Assembly: GCA_036270565.1 (NCBI GenBank) | Contig: DATBCJ010000090.1 | Coordinates: 1 to 46,584, forward strand | Direction of reading: 5' to 3' | DNA length: 46,584 bases | From: Candidatus Dormiibacterota bacterium | GTDB lineage: Bacteria; Chloroflexota; Dormibacteria; Aeolococcales; Aeolococcaceae | Shown: piece by piece, positions 1-8,706 of the stretch | Position numbering within the stretch: the first letter of the stretch is position 1 | Layout of the letters: each line of letters opens with the position of its first letter | The notes under the pieces: generated by a model | Told to the model about the DNA's origin: nothing | Databases searched by the model: none | What the model saw: only the letters and a program-made list of their open reading frames with translations | Made by a program: the position numbers and the translations under genes

Positions 1-752
1 ACCCCGTTGGCGAGGTCGGTCTCGATGACCGTGTCGCGCAGCTTCGCCTCCATGCTGACGTGGTCCACGGCGCCGGCAACGATCTCGTCGATCGAGATCA
101 CCTCGAAGTTGAGCCGATCGTCGGGATCCTCCAGCCGCGACACCTCGGCGATGGCATTGACCATCCGCACCATCATCTCGGTGCTGGCCGTGATGCCCTC
201 GATGGCGACCATCGCCGTTTCAGGGAGCTGTCCGAGCATGCCCGTGGAGAGCAGCTGTCCGTAGCTGTTGAGGATGGTCAGCGGCCGGCGCAGCTCGTGC
301 ATGGTGATGCTCATCGACGTGCCCCGGGCCGTGCTCGAGCTGGTCACGGAGGTCAGCCGTGAAGCGAGGACCGTCACCACCGAGTTGGCGAGGCGGCGGC
401 CGATCCCGGCAAGCTCGTCCGCCGCGTGCTCGCCGAAGCCGAGCCGGGCGGGCTCATCGAGCTCCTCGGCAGCGACGGCCACGGTGGCCCGGCGCAGGGC
501 GGCGAGCTTGCCGAGCGCGCCGTCGAGGCGATGATCGATTCCGGACGGCCTGTCTCCGGAGAGGTCGGAGAAGGCGACCAGGGGTCGGAGGTCGTCGGCG
601 GTGAGGGCCACGAGGACCGCGTTGATGAACTGCCGGGGTCCGTGGTCAGCACCGTCCGAACGGCGGCTTTCCGCCTCGGCGTTGCCGCGGTGCATCACGT
701 CAGCGATCCGCTCGGCGTGGGCAGCCAGGAAGTCGCTCAGGTGACCGGTCAT
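1..752 (-). CDS. Sensor histidine kinase, N-terminal part (3' end runs off the window)
   Basis: I translated the minus strand from the ATG at 752-750: MTGHLSDFLAAHAERIADVMHRG... It reaches a HisKA phospho-acceptor box, SITMHELRRPLTILNSYGQLL. The frame stays open to position 1, so it is absent from the ORF track. No TM segment appears in the first ~140 aa, so it is probably a cytoplasmic sensor. Confidence 0.8.
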   Translation of the reverse strand, partial: MTGHLSDFLAAHAERIADVMHRGNAEAESRRSDGADHGPRQFINAVLVALTADDLRPLVAFSDLSGDRPSGIDHRLDGALGKLAALRRATVAVAAEELDEPARLGFGEHAADELAGIGRRLANSVVTVLASRLTSVTSSSTARGTSMSITMHELRRPLTILNSYGQLLSTGMLGQLPETAMVAIEGITASTEMMVRMVNAIAEVSRLEDPDDRLNFEVISIDEIVAGAVDHVSMEAKLRDTVIETDLANG

Positions 753-887
753 GGGCGGTTCGAGTGTATGGGCTGCAAGTTCAATGCAGCCGGACCGTCA
801 ATGAGGCGTTGCGCCTCGTTTCAGGGCGGAGAAGAGGGCGTGGACGCGCCGGGACCGTGTACGGGGGCCCCGGGCCGCGACGCCGCC

Positions 888-1955
888 TCAGGCGGCGACG
901 GCGGAGGTCAGCTCGTCGGCGGCCGTGGACTCGGCCGCGGACACCGCGTTCACCGCAGGGGCGGTGGCGTTGCGGCGATGGCGCATCCACAGCATCGCCC
1001 CGAGGATCCCGAACGGGAGCATCTGGATGTCGACCAGGACCGACATGGCGGCGGCGTGGCCGCTGGAGACGCCGGCGTGGACCAGCATCCCGACCAGCAC
1101 GCCCTCACGGATGCCGAGACCGTTCACCGAGAAGGGCGTGAGCGTGGCCACCAGGGTGATCGGGATGGCGACCGCGAAGATGGTCCAGCTGATGTCGACG
1201 CCGATGGCCCTGGCGAAGAGGTCGAGCGCGATGATGTTGACCCCCCAGCCGGCCGCCCCGACCAGGATGCACTGCACGATGGCGTGGGGGTGGCGGCGGT
1301 AGCCGGAGAAGGTCTGGCCGAAGGCGTGCAGGGTGCGCAGGAACGCGCGCGAGCTGCGCTCGAAGAAGTGACGGCCCATGATCCGGTCCGCGGCCAGCGC
1401 GGCGACCCAGGTGAGCATCATCACCGCGGCGAACACGCAGGCCCCGACCAGCGAGCCGATGCCGATCCAGCCGCGGAGCAGGACTGCGGCGGCGAGCCCC
1501 CAGCAGGCCATGCCCAGCGTGCCGGCCATCCGGCTGCCAGCCAGCGAGGCCAGGATCTTGCCGTGGCCGACGACCTTGCCCATCTCGACGGTGCGCATCG
1601 CGTCGCCGCCGACGCCGGCGGGGAGGAGCTGGCTGAAGAACAGGCTCTGCAGGTAGGAGGAGGAGAGGCGGGTCCAGCTGAAGAGGTTCTTCTGGTGGTG
1701 GTGCTCCCCCGACACCGCCCGGTTGCTGGCGCCGAGCCCGGCGCTGCTGCGCAGCAGGATGCCCCACTCGAAGACGGAGGCGAGGCAGGCGAAGGCGGTC
1801 AGAACCAGGGCGACAGACGCCCAGCGCCAGTCGACGTGGACCAGGCTCGACCCCGCCTTGCCGACGTCGACGTTGTGGAGGAGGAAGCCGACGCCGGCCA
1901 CGGTGCCACCGATGCGCAGCCACTTGGAGCCCAGGATGGCGCGTACAGCAGGCAT
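888..1955 (-). CDS. UPF0104 / lysylphosphatidylglycerol-synthase-TM-region ('flippase-like') integral membrane protein
   Basis: The track ORF 888..1967 is polytopic and hydrophobic (LLPAGVGGDAMR, PFSVNGLGIREG), typical of the LPG_synthase_TM family. I prefer the ATG at 1955 because GAGGAG (complement of 1960-1965) lies 4 nt upstream. The track start at 1967 is a GTG. Confidence 0.75.
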   Translation of the reverse strand: MPAVRAILGSKWLRIGGTVAGVGFLLHNVDVGKAGSSLVHVDWRWASVALVLTAFACLASVFEWGILLRSSAGLGASNRAVSGEHHHQKNLFSWTRLSSSYLQSLFFSQLLPAGVGGDAMRTVEMGKVVGHGKILASLAGSRMAGTLGMACWGLAAAVLLRGWIGIGSLVGACVFAAVMMLTWVAALAADRIMGRHFFERSSRAFLRTLHAFGQTFSGYRRHPHAIVQCILVGAAGWGVNIIALDLFARAIGVDISWTIFAVAIPITLVATLTPFSVNGLGIREGVLVGMLVHAGVSSGHAAAMSVLVDIQMLPFGILGAMLWMRHRRNATAPAVNAVSAAESTAADELTSAVAA

Positions 1956-1966
1956 CGTTCTCCTCA

Positions 1967-1989
1967 CACCGGTGATTGAACCACCGGTG
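1967..1989. promoter_or_regulatory. Two copies of the self-complementary octamer CACCGGTG (1967-1974, 1982-1989), candidate operator
   Basis: Read directly from the sequence: cacCACCGGTGattgaacCACCGGTGt. The copies start 15 bp apart and sit immediately upstream of the SD of the 888..1955 gene, in the divergent region shared with fda. Confidence 0.3.
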
Positions 1990-2160
1990 TACTCATCGCG
2001 TCGGCACGTCGGAGGTCCGTCATCCCATTAACGACGGCCGTCAGAAAATCATTACGCGGATCTCAAGACTGACGCGCGAAACGTTACACGGGGATGACGC
2101 TAAGTGGACGGTGGCTCCGGAAAACGGGAAGGCGGGGGACAGCACCGCGGTGCTGGGAAG

Positions 2161-2166
2161 TATCGT
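2161..2166 (+). promoter_or_regulatory. Candidate -10 hexamer TATCGT, 6 nt upstream of the fda GTG (possible leaderless transcript)
   Basis: The sequence is TATCGTggtcacGTG. This matches the TANNNT -10 pattern, no convincing SD is present, and the spacing fits transcription starting at the start codon. Confidence 0.3.
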
Positions 2167-2172
2167 GGTCAC

Positions 2173-3060
2173 GTGAATCAGCAGCAGCTCCTGAAGGTCA
2201 AACGCGAGGATGGTTTCATCGCCGCTCTTGACCAGAGTGGCGGCAGCTCGGCGAAGGCGCTGCAGGCCTACGGCATTGCACCCGACGCGTACTCCGGCGA
2301 CGCCGCGATGTTCGACCTGATGCATGAGATGCGCAGCCGGATCATCATCAGCCCGAGCTTCAACGGGGACCGCATCCTCGGGGCCATCCTCTTCGAGGAC
2401 ACCATGGACCGCGACATCGCGGGCCAGCCTTCAGCCGACTATCTCTGGAATGTCAAGTCGGTTGTGCCGTTCCTCAAGGTCGATAAGGGTCTCGCCGCCG
2501 ACGCCGACGGCGTCCAGCTGATGAAGCCGATCCCTGGTCTCGACGACCTCCTCGTCCGCGCCAACCAGAAGCGATTCTTCGGCACCAAGATGCGCTCATT
2601 CATCAAGCTCGCCGACGCCAAGGGCATCGGCGCCATCGTCGACCAGCAGTTCGACATCGCCCGCCAGATCCTCAGCGCCGGCCTGGTGCCGATCGTCGAA
2701 CCGGAGATCGACATCCGCAGCCCGCAGAAGGCAGACGCCGAGGCGCTCCTGAAATCCGCCATCCTCGGGCGACTCGAGCAACTCGATCCCGATCAGTCCG
2801 TGATGCTCAAGCTCACGCTCCCGGACGTCGACGACTTCTACGCCGACTTCGTCAAGCACGACCACGTGCTCCGAGTGCTCGCACTCTCCGGGGGCTACAG
2901 CCGCCAGGAAGCCGTCGACCGCCTGGCACGCAACCACGGCGTGATCGCGAGCTTCTCACGAGCGCTCACCGAGGGCCTGACCGCCCAGCAGAGCGACGAG
3001 GAGTTCAACGCAATGCTGGACCAGTCCATCGAAGTAATCTTCGAAGCGTCAAGGACATGA
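2173..3060 (+). CDS. fda: Class I fructose-bisphosphate aldolase (Staphylococcus fda type)
   Basis: From the GTG at 2173 the protein reads VNQQQLLKVKREDGFIAALDQSGGSSAKALQAYG...ILGAILFEDTMDR...VPFLKVDKGL...LKLTLP...LSGGYSR...SFSRAL. It is collinear with the class I FBA I remember from S. aureus. The upstream 23 aa of track ORF 2104 (Gly/Arg-rich) have no counterpart there. Confidence 0.9.
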   Translation: MNQQQLLKVKREDGFIAALDQSGGSSAKALQAYGIAPDAYSGDAAMFDLMHEMRSRIIISPSFNGDRILGAILFEDTMDRDIAGQPSADYLWNVKSVVPFLKVDKGLAADADGVQLMKPIPGLDDLLVRANQKRFFGTKMRSFIKLADAKGIGAIVDQQFDIARQILSAGLVPIVEPEIDIRSPQKADAEALLKSAILGRLEQLDPDQSVMLKLTLPDVDDFYADFVKHDHVLRVLALSGGYSRQEAVDRLARNHGVIASFSRALTEGLTAQQSDEEFNAMLDQSIEVIFEASRT

Positions 3061-3199
3061 CGGATGGGGGGCGGCACGTCCTCTGAAGCGAGTTCTGCAG
3101 CGGGCGAAGGAGTGGAGAACTCGCCGGTGGCGAGTTCGCAGCGACGCCAACGCCCGCGAAGCCTGTCTGAGCGCCAGAGGATGTGCAGCCCCCCATCCG
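3061..3199. repeat. 139 bp element bounded by 25 bp imperfect inverted repeats, with internal alternative hairpins; probable bidirectional terminator or MITE/REP-like element
   Basis: The left arm 3061-3085 (cggatggggggcggcacgtcctctg) is the reverse complement of the right arm 3175-3199 (cagaggatgtgcagccccccatccg) at 23 of 25 positions. Inside, gcgagttct (3088-3096) pairs with agaactcgc (3116-3124). The latter can also pair with gcgagttc (3130-3137). The element fills the gap between the fda stop (3060) and the dnaB stop (3216). Confidence 0.6.
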
Positions 3200-3215
3200 T
3201 CAGGCTTCTCTGGAC

Positions 3216-4586
3216 TCACTCCCCGTGCGGGTACGGTTCGCGGAACGTAGTCTGCTCGGGGTTGAAGATCAGCTCGATGTCGTCCACTGGCCCGTTGCGG
3301 TTCTTGGCGACGATCAGCTCGGTGCGGTTGCGGTCGATGTCGGGCTTGTGCATGCCCTCGCGGTAGAGGAAGAGGACGACGTCGGCGTCCTGTTCGATGG
3401 AGCCGGAGTCGCGCAGGTCGGAGAGCTGGGGTCGCTTGTCGTTGCGCTGCTCGCTGGCGCGCGACAGCTGCGAGAGCGCGAGCACAGGCACCTCGAGCTC
3501 CTTGGCGATCGCCTTCAACCCCGAGGAGATGTCCGACACCTCCTGGACGCGCGACTCCTGGCGGCCACCGTGCATGAGCTGCAGGTAGTCGATGATCAGG
3601 AGCCCGATGCCGTGCTGCGACTTCATGCGCCGCGCCCGGGCGCGCAGGGTGGCGATGGAGAGCCGCGGGGTGTCGTCGATCCAGAGCTCGGCCTGGGTCA
3701 GCTTGTCCATCGCGGCCGCGATGCGCTGGAAGTCGAGCTGGCTGGCCTGCCCGGAGCGGAGCACGTGGGAGTTGACCGCCGCCTCGCTGCAGATGAGCCG
3801 CTGGGCCAGCGCCTGTCGGCTCATCTCCAGGGAGAAGATGGCCACCGGGACGCGCGCCAGCACCGCCGCGTTGCGCGCGATGTTGAGCGCGAAGGACGTC
3901 TTGCCCACCGAGGGCCGCGCGGCGAGGATGATCAGCTCCTGGGGTTGGAGGCCCTGGGTGAGACCGTCGAGCCGGCCGTAGTTGGTCTGCACCCCGTTGA
4001 TCAGCTGCTTGCGCTGCAGCCGCTCCTCGAGCATCTCCCAGGTGTCGTGCACCAGCTTGGCGATGTGCATCGCCTCGCTGCCGCGCCGCGCCTGGCTGAT
4101 GGCGAAGATGCGCTGCTCGGCTGATTCGATCGCGTCCACCGCGGTGACGCCGTTGTCGAAGCCGAGGCGGGCCACCTCGCCGCCCGCTGCGATCAGGCGG
4201 CGGCGCAGTGCGTGGTTGACGACGATCTCCGCCCAGTGGCGCACCGACGCCGCGGTGGGCACCTCGAGGGTCAGCTCGGAGATGTAGTCGAGGCCGCCGG
4301 CGCGGCCGATGCCCGGCCCACGCTCGAGCTGCGACTGGAGGGTGACCTCGTCGATCGGGTCGCCGCGGTCGGCGAGCGCGACGGCGGCGCGGTAGATGTG
4401 GGCGTGGCGCTCCGCGTAGAAGTCCTCGGGCTCGAGGATGTCGCGGATCTCTGCGACGGCGGCCTGGTCGATCATCAGGGAGCCGAGCACGGCGCGCTCG
4501 GCACCGAGGTCGTTGGGTGGGACACGCCCGGACGAGATGGTGCCCGTGACGTTGACGGCGACGTCGGCGACCGGCTGTGTGGTCAC
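3216..4586 (-). CDS. dnaB: Replicative DNA helicase DnaB
   Basis: The 456 aa product has the N-terminal PPNDLGAERAVLGSLM motif, Walker A ARPSVGKTSFAL and LIIDYLQLM. The GTG start overlaps the rplI stop (GTGA at 4583-4586). Confidence 0.95.
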   Translation of the reverse strand: MTTQPVADVAVNVTGTISSGRVPPNDLGAERAVLGSLMIDQAAVAEIRDILEPEDFYAERHAHIYRAAVALADRGDPIDEVTLQSQLERGPGIGRAGGLDYISELTLEVPTAASVRHWAEIVVNHALRRRLIAAGGEVARLGFDNGVTAVDAIESAEQRIFAISQARRGSEAMHIAKLVHDTWEMLEERLQRKQLINGVQTNYGRLDGLTQGLQPQELIILAARPSVGKTSFALNIARNAAVLARVPVAIFSLEMSRQALAQRLICSEAAVNSHVLRSGQASQLDFQRIAAAMDKLTQAELWIDDTPRLSIATLRARARRMKSQHGIGLLIIDYLQLMHGGRQESRVQEVSDISSGLKAIAKELEVPVLALSQLSRASEQRNDKRPQLSDLRDSGSIEQDADVVLFLYREGMHKPDIDRNRTELIVAKNRNGPVDDIELIFNPEQTTFREPYPHGE

Positions 4587-5029
4587 TGCGCCGCGACGAC
4601 GACGCGCAGTGTCTCACTCACCTCTGTGTGCAACTGGACGCTGACCTCGTGCGGGCCGAGCGACTTGATGGGCGGATCGACCTCGATCTTGCGCTTGTCG
4701 ATGTCCAGGCCAGCCTCGCGCTTGAGCTGCGTTGCGATGTCGGCGTTGGTGACCGAGCCGAAGAGACGTCCGCCCTCACCGGTCTTGGCGTAGATGGTCA
4801 CCGTCAGCTTCTTCAGTCGCGCGGCCGCGTCGCGAGCCTCCGTGAGCGCCTTCTCAGCGCGGCGTCGCACCGCTTCCTCCTTCTGCTTGATCTGCTCGAC
4901 CATGCGATCGTCGGCAACCACCGCGATCCTCTTGGGGAGAAGGTAGTTGCGGGCGTAGCCCGGCGAGACCTCCTTGACGTCGCCGGCCTTGGCGGTCCCC
5001 TGGACCTCCTTGACAAACAGCACCTTCAC
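4583..5029 (-). CDS. rplI: 50S ribosomal protein L9
   Basis: The 148 aa product reads MKVLFVKEVQGTAKAGDVKEVSPGYARNYLLPKRIAV...GGRLFGSVT, collinear with L9. The GTG start overlaps the upstream stop (GTGA at 5026-5029). Confidence 0.95.
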   Translation of the reverse strand: MKVLFVKEVQGTAKAGDVKEVSPGYARNYLLPKRIAVVADDRMVEQIKQKEEAVRRRAEKALTEARDAAARLKKLTVTIYAKTGEGGRLFGSVTNADIATQLKREAGLDIDKRKIEVDPPIKSLGPHEVSVQLHTEVSETLRVVVAAQ

Positions 5030-5475
5030 GCGCCAACCCCCGTGATCCGCTCGTCGGGGGCTGACGTGTGCGTCTGCTCGTCGAGCTCTGTCTGATGGTG
5101 CACCGCCACCGCGTCATCGGCCTTGAACCGCCGCGCGATCGCCGTGGCGATGCGCTCGCCGTTGCGCAGGTCCTCGTCGAACACGCTGCTGCCCTCGAGA
5201 ATCTGTTGCTGCACATCGGAAACAACGTCATCAGGGCAGGCCACGATGAACAGTCGCAGGGCCAGCATCGAGAGCGCGAGCATGTCGATCTCGCCGACCA
5301 CAGGGATCGACGCGGGGATGTCGATGAAGGGCGTCACGATCACGGCCATGGCGGCGCCGAACGCGAGCTTGGTGCGCCGCGAGACGCGCGGATCACGCAC
5401 CAGGCAATAGGCGAGGCGCGCCTGCCGGGGAAGGTCGACGGCCAGGCGTTTGACGAAGCGAAGACGGCTCAGCAT
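5026..5475 (-). CDS. DUF1232 (YkvA-like) membrane protein
   Basis: The 149 aa product contains DPRVSRRTKLAFGAAMAVIVTPFIDIPASIPVVGEIDMLALSMLAL, which matches the DUF1232 pattern (P..K........Y..SP.D.IPD.IP..G..DD). ATG start at 5475. Confidence 0.7.
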   Translation of the reverse strand: MLSRLRFVKRLAVDLPRQARLAYCLVRDPRVSRRTKLAFGAAMAVIVTPFIDIPASIPVVGEIDMLALSMLALRLFIVACPDDVVSDVQQQILEGSSVFDEDLRNGERIATAIARRFKADDAVAVHHQTELDEQTHTSAPDERITGVGA

Positions 5476-5523
5476 GAAGCGCGTAGTCTACCGTCCCCCG
5501 GCGCGTGCCATCGGCGGCGCAGG

Positions 5524-6915
5524 TCACTCCTCGAGCAATTCGCGACGTTCGCCCAGCCACGCTTCGGCGGCGGCGGCGTCGCCCGCCGGGATCGCCCCGT
5601 CGAGCACCGCGTCCTCGAGAGCGCGTGTCACCCGGCCCACCCACGGCCCCGGGGGGCGCCCCCCCGCGAGCCTGATGATGTCGCCTCCACGCAGGGGCGG
5701 CTGCAGCCGCGACACGGCGCCGCCGGCGTCCAGACGTGCCATGCGCTGCTCGAGCTCGTCGATGGCGTCCGTGTCCGGGAATGACGACGCGTGGGTGTCG
5801 GCGCGAGCGAGGTCGAGGAGGCGCGCGCGCTGATCGCCGATGTCGCGCACCAGGCGGCGGACAGCGGAGTCGGTCCACTCATCGGGGTTGTACTGGATGG
5901 GCCGGAGGTGATGGCGCACCAGCTGCGCCACCGCGGCCACATCTTCATTGCTGAAGCGCAGACGGGTGAGCATGTCCTCGGCGATCGCGGCGCCGACCGA
6001 CGGATGGTCATAGAAGGTGTGTCTGCCGTGCGCGTCCAGGGCGTGGGTGGGTGGCTTGCCGACGTCGTGGAGCAGGGCGGCGAGCCGTGTCACCAGGTCG
6101 ACCTTGGTGGACGCGACGGTGTGAGCGCTGTGGTCGAACACGTCGTAGATGTGGAAACCACCCTGGTCGACGCCGATCATGGCCTCGAGCTCGGGCAACC
6201 AGACCGAGAGCAGGCCGCCGTCGCGAAGCAGCTCGAGCCCCGCCCGCGGGTGTTCGGAGAGCAGCAGCTTGCGCAGCTCGTCGGCGACGCGCTCCGCGCT
6301 GAGGATCGCCGACCTCCCCGCCATCCTGCTCATCGCGGTCGTCAGACCGGGTGCGGTGGTGAAGCCCAGCTGCGCGGCGAACCGCGCTGCCCTGAACATG
6401 CGCAGCGGGTCCTCGCTGAAGGTGAGCTCGGGGTCGAGAGGCGTGCGCAGGACACCGTGACGGAGATCGTCGAGGCCGCGCCCGGTGACGTCGATGACCC
6501 GGCCGTCCAGCGTCTGACAGAGCGCGTTGACGGTGAAGTCGCGTCGCCAGATGTCGTCCTCCAGCGTTCCGGGGCGCACGTCGGGCTTGCGCGACGCAGC
6601 GTCGTAGCTCTCGGCGCGCGCCCGCACCACCTCGACGATGAACTCGCCGCCGCGAACCTGCCCCGTTCCGAAGCGCTCGAAACGCTGGGGGGGCGCCCAG
6701 CCGAGGCGGCGGCCCACCTCCGCGAGCACAGCCGTGCCGTCGTCGTCGACGGCCAGCAGGTCGATGTCCTTGACGTCGCGGCCGAGCAGGCGGTCGCGCA
6801 CGAATCCGCCCACCAGGTACATCTCCGCGCCCTGGCGGTGTGCCGCCGCCGCGATGGTCGCCAGCAGCCGCTCCTGGGTCAGGGGCAGGACGTGCTCCCG
6901 CACCTCGGCGGTCAC
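5524..6915 (-). CDS. cca: CCA tRNA nucleotidyltransferase / poly(A) polymerase family protein with HD domain
   Basis: From the GTG at 6915 the protein reads VTAEVREHVL...LVGGFVRDRLLGRDVKDIDL...RRDFTVNA...EDPLRMFRAARF...LLHDVGKP. The start overlaps the MFS stop (GTGA at 6912-6915). The 973 aa track ORF is a read-through artefact. Confidence 0.9.
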   Translation of the reverse strand: MTAEVREHVLPLTQERLLATIAAAAHRQGAEMYLVGGFVRDRLLGRDVKDIDLLAVDDDGTAVLAEVGRRLGWAPPQRFERFGTGQVRGGEFIVEVVRARAESYDAASRKPDVRPGTLEDDIWRRDFTVNALCQTLDGRVIDVTGRGLDDLRHGVLRTPLDPELTFSEDPLRMFRAARFAAQLGFTTAPGLTTAMSRMAGRSAILSAERVADELRKLLLSEHPRAGLELLRDGGLLSVWLPELEAMIGVDQGGFHIYDVFDHSAHTVASTKVDLVTRLAALLHDVGKPPTHALDAHGRHTFYDHPSVGAAIAEDMLTRLRFSNEDVAAVAQLVRHHLRPIQYNPDEWTDSAVRRLVRDIGDQRARLLDLARADTHASSFPDTDAIDELEQRMARLDAGGAVSRLQPPLRGGDIIRLAGGRPPGPWVGRVTRALEDAVLDGAIPAGDAAAAEAWLGERRELLEE

Positions 6916-8705
6916 GCGGCGACCGCCAGCGGTGGGGTGGGTGACTCGCGAGGCCGGCGCAGCAGCGCCACCGCGAACAGCGCGCCCAGCAGGGCGCAGG
7001 CGCCGGCGCCGAGGAAGATGACGTGGAGCTCGTCGACCACCGCCCCCGTCTGCAGGGCGTCGTAGGCGGGGCACCGAAGGGGGGTGTCGGGGCAGAGCTT
7101 GGCGGCCGGGGTCAGCATCGCCTGCACACTGTAGAAACGGCGCAGGCCGACCGCGGTCAGGAGCGACAGCCCGGCCAGCATCCCGACCAGCCGGGCGGCC
7201 ACGGTCAGCGACGCCGCCATGCCGTGCAGCGCCGTCGAGACGGCGCCGAGGATTGCGGCGGTCACCGGCACGATGGCCAGCCCGAAGCCCAGGCCCGCGG
7301 CCACCAGAACAGGGTCGCTGGGGTGCAGCCATCCGGTGCCCGCAAAGCCGTCCGCCAGGGTGGTGGGAGTCCAGCCGGCCATGAGCGCAAAGCTGACGGT
7401 GACCACCAGCAGGCCGGCGCCGGCGACGGCTCGGTACCCGGCCCTGTCGGCGAGGACGCCGCCCAGCAGGGCGCCCACCGGGACGGCGACGAGAAGGCGC
7501 GCCAGCACCAGCGCGGCCTGGACCTGGGAGGTGGGGTCGACGGTGGCGCGGGCGAAGACGGGGACGTCGACCAGCGCCGCCATCAGCGCCGCCCCGGCGG
7601 CCAGGCTGGTGAGCAGCGAGCCCACCGCGGCCCGGTCGCGGAGCGCGCGGAGGTCGATCAGCGGTTCGTCCACGCGCAGCTCCCGGACCACGAACAGGAC
7701 CGTGAGCAGCACCGCCGCGGGCAGCAGGATCGGCGCCGATGATCCGACGACACCGCTGGCCGGGTCGGCGCTGGCGAACACGATCACCACCGCCCCAAGG
7801 ATCAGCGCCACCAGCAGGGCCCCGGGCCAGTCGACGCGGCGCAGCACGCCGGGGATGCGGCGCAGCGGGACGACCGCGCGCACCCTGGGGCCGACGAAAA
7901 CCTCGCGCAGCACGAACGCTGCGGCGCTGACCAGCGCCACCAGCGCGATCGGCGAGCTGATCCCGGCGCCACCGAACAGCGGCGCGAAGGCCACCCCCAT
8001 CGTCAGATCGTTGCTGAGAGCCGGCGGAGACGCGATCGCCAGCACGGTTGCGGCGATGCACAGAGCCGCCAGCACGCGCCCGGCAACGTCGACGCTGGGC
8101 GCCGGCCCGGATGACGCGGCCAGGCGCCGGCGTGGCGCCCGCACCCCGGCCGCGATGGCGGCGGCGAGCGGCATGTTGATGTAGAAGATCGCGCGCCATG
8201 TGCTGACCGTGGTCAGCGCGGCTCCGTAGATGGGTCCGACCACGCTGCCGATCTCCTGCACCGCGCCGACCACCCCGAGCGGCACCCCACGCCGCCGCGG
8301 CGGCCAGAGGTCGGCGACGAGCGCGAGCGTCACCGGGACCAGTCCGCCGCCGCCCGCACCCTGCACGGTGCGGCCCAGCACGATGACCCAGAGCGTGTTC
8401 GCCGACGCGGTCAGCAGGGAGCCGGCGGCGAAGGCGACCAGGCACAGGGCCAGCACCGGGCCGCGCCCGAAAAGGTCAGAGAGGCGTCCCAGCAACGGCA
8501 GCACCGCGACGTAGCCGAGCAGGAAGCCGCTGATGATCGGGGCCGCCTCCTGCAGGTGGGCGAGATCGACGCCGACCGCCGCCATGATCGCGGGCAGCGC
8601 GACCACCACCACGTAGGTGTCGGCTGCGCCGAGAAGCACGCCGGCGGCCGCGAAGCCGAGACGGCGGCGGGCGCCCGGCGGCGCGGAGCCGGGGGTCTGG
8701 TGCAC
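6912..8705 (-). CDS. MFS transporter, DHA2-like (P55/Rv1410c-like given the lprG neighbour)
   Basis: The 597 aa product has many TM segments and MFS motif A, GRLSDLFGRGP. It starts 1 nt after the lprG-like stop. Confidence 0.85.
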   Translation of the reverse strand: MHQTPGSAPPGARRRLGFAAAGVLLGAADTYVVVVALPAIMAAVGVDLAHLQEAAPIISGFLLGYVAVLPLLGRLSDLFGRGPVLALCLVAFAAGSLLTASANTLWVIVLGRTVQGAGGGGLVPVTLALVADLWPPRRRGVPLGVVGAVQEIGSVVGPIYGAALTTVSTWRAIFYINMPLAAAIAAGVRAPRRRLAASSGPAPSVDVAGRVLAALCIAATVLAIASPPALSNDLTMGVAFAPLFGGAGISSPIALVALVSAAAFVLREVFVGPRVRAVVPLRRIPGVLRRVDWPGALLVALILGAVVIVFASADPASGVVGSSAPILLPAAVLLTVLFVVRELRVDEPLIDLRALRDRAAVGSLLTSLAAGAALMAALVDVPVFARATVDPTSQVQAALVLARLLVAVPVGALLGGVLADRAGYRAVAGAGLLVVTVSFALMAGWTPTTLADGFAGTGWLHPSDPVLVAAGLGFGLAIVPVTAAILGAVSTALHGMAASLTVAARLVGMLAGLSLLTAVGLRRFYSVQAMLTPAAKLCPDTPLRCPAYDALQTGAVVDELHVIFLGAGACALLGALFAVALLRRPRESPTPPLAVAA

Positions 8706-8706
8706 C

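Noticed and set aside
426-1979. 517 aa plus-strand ORF covering the UPF0104 gene and the histidine kinase start
   Set aside because: It is antisense to two genes with clear family signatures. Its translation is low-complexity Gly/Ala/Arg/Asp/Glu-rich, as expected for stop-free shadow frames in very GC-rich DNA.
2104-2172. 23 aa N-terminal extension of the aldolase ORF
   Set aside because: The Gly/Arg-rich stretch has no counterpart in class I aldolases. Homology begins at VNQQQLLKVK (GTG at 2173).
5524-8445. 973 aa minus-strand ORF suggesting a giant CCA-enzyme fusion
   Set aside because: Only the C-terminal ~463 aa (from the GTG at 6915) look like a nucleotidyltransferase. The upstream ~500 aa are Arg/Gly/Pro/Ala-rich and run out of frame across the well-supported MFS gene.
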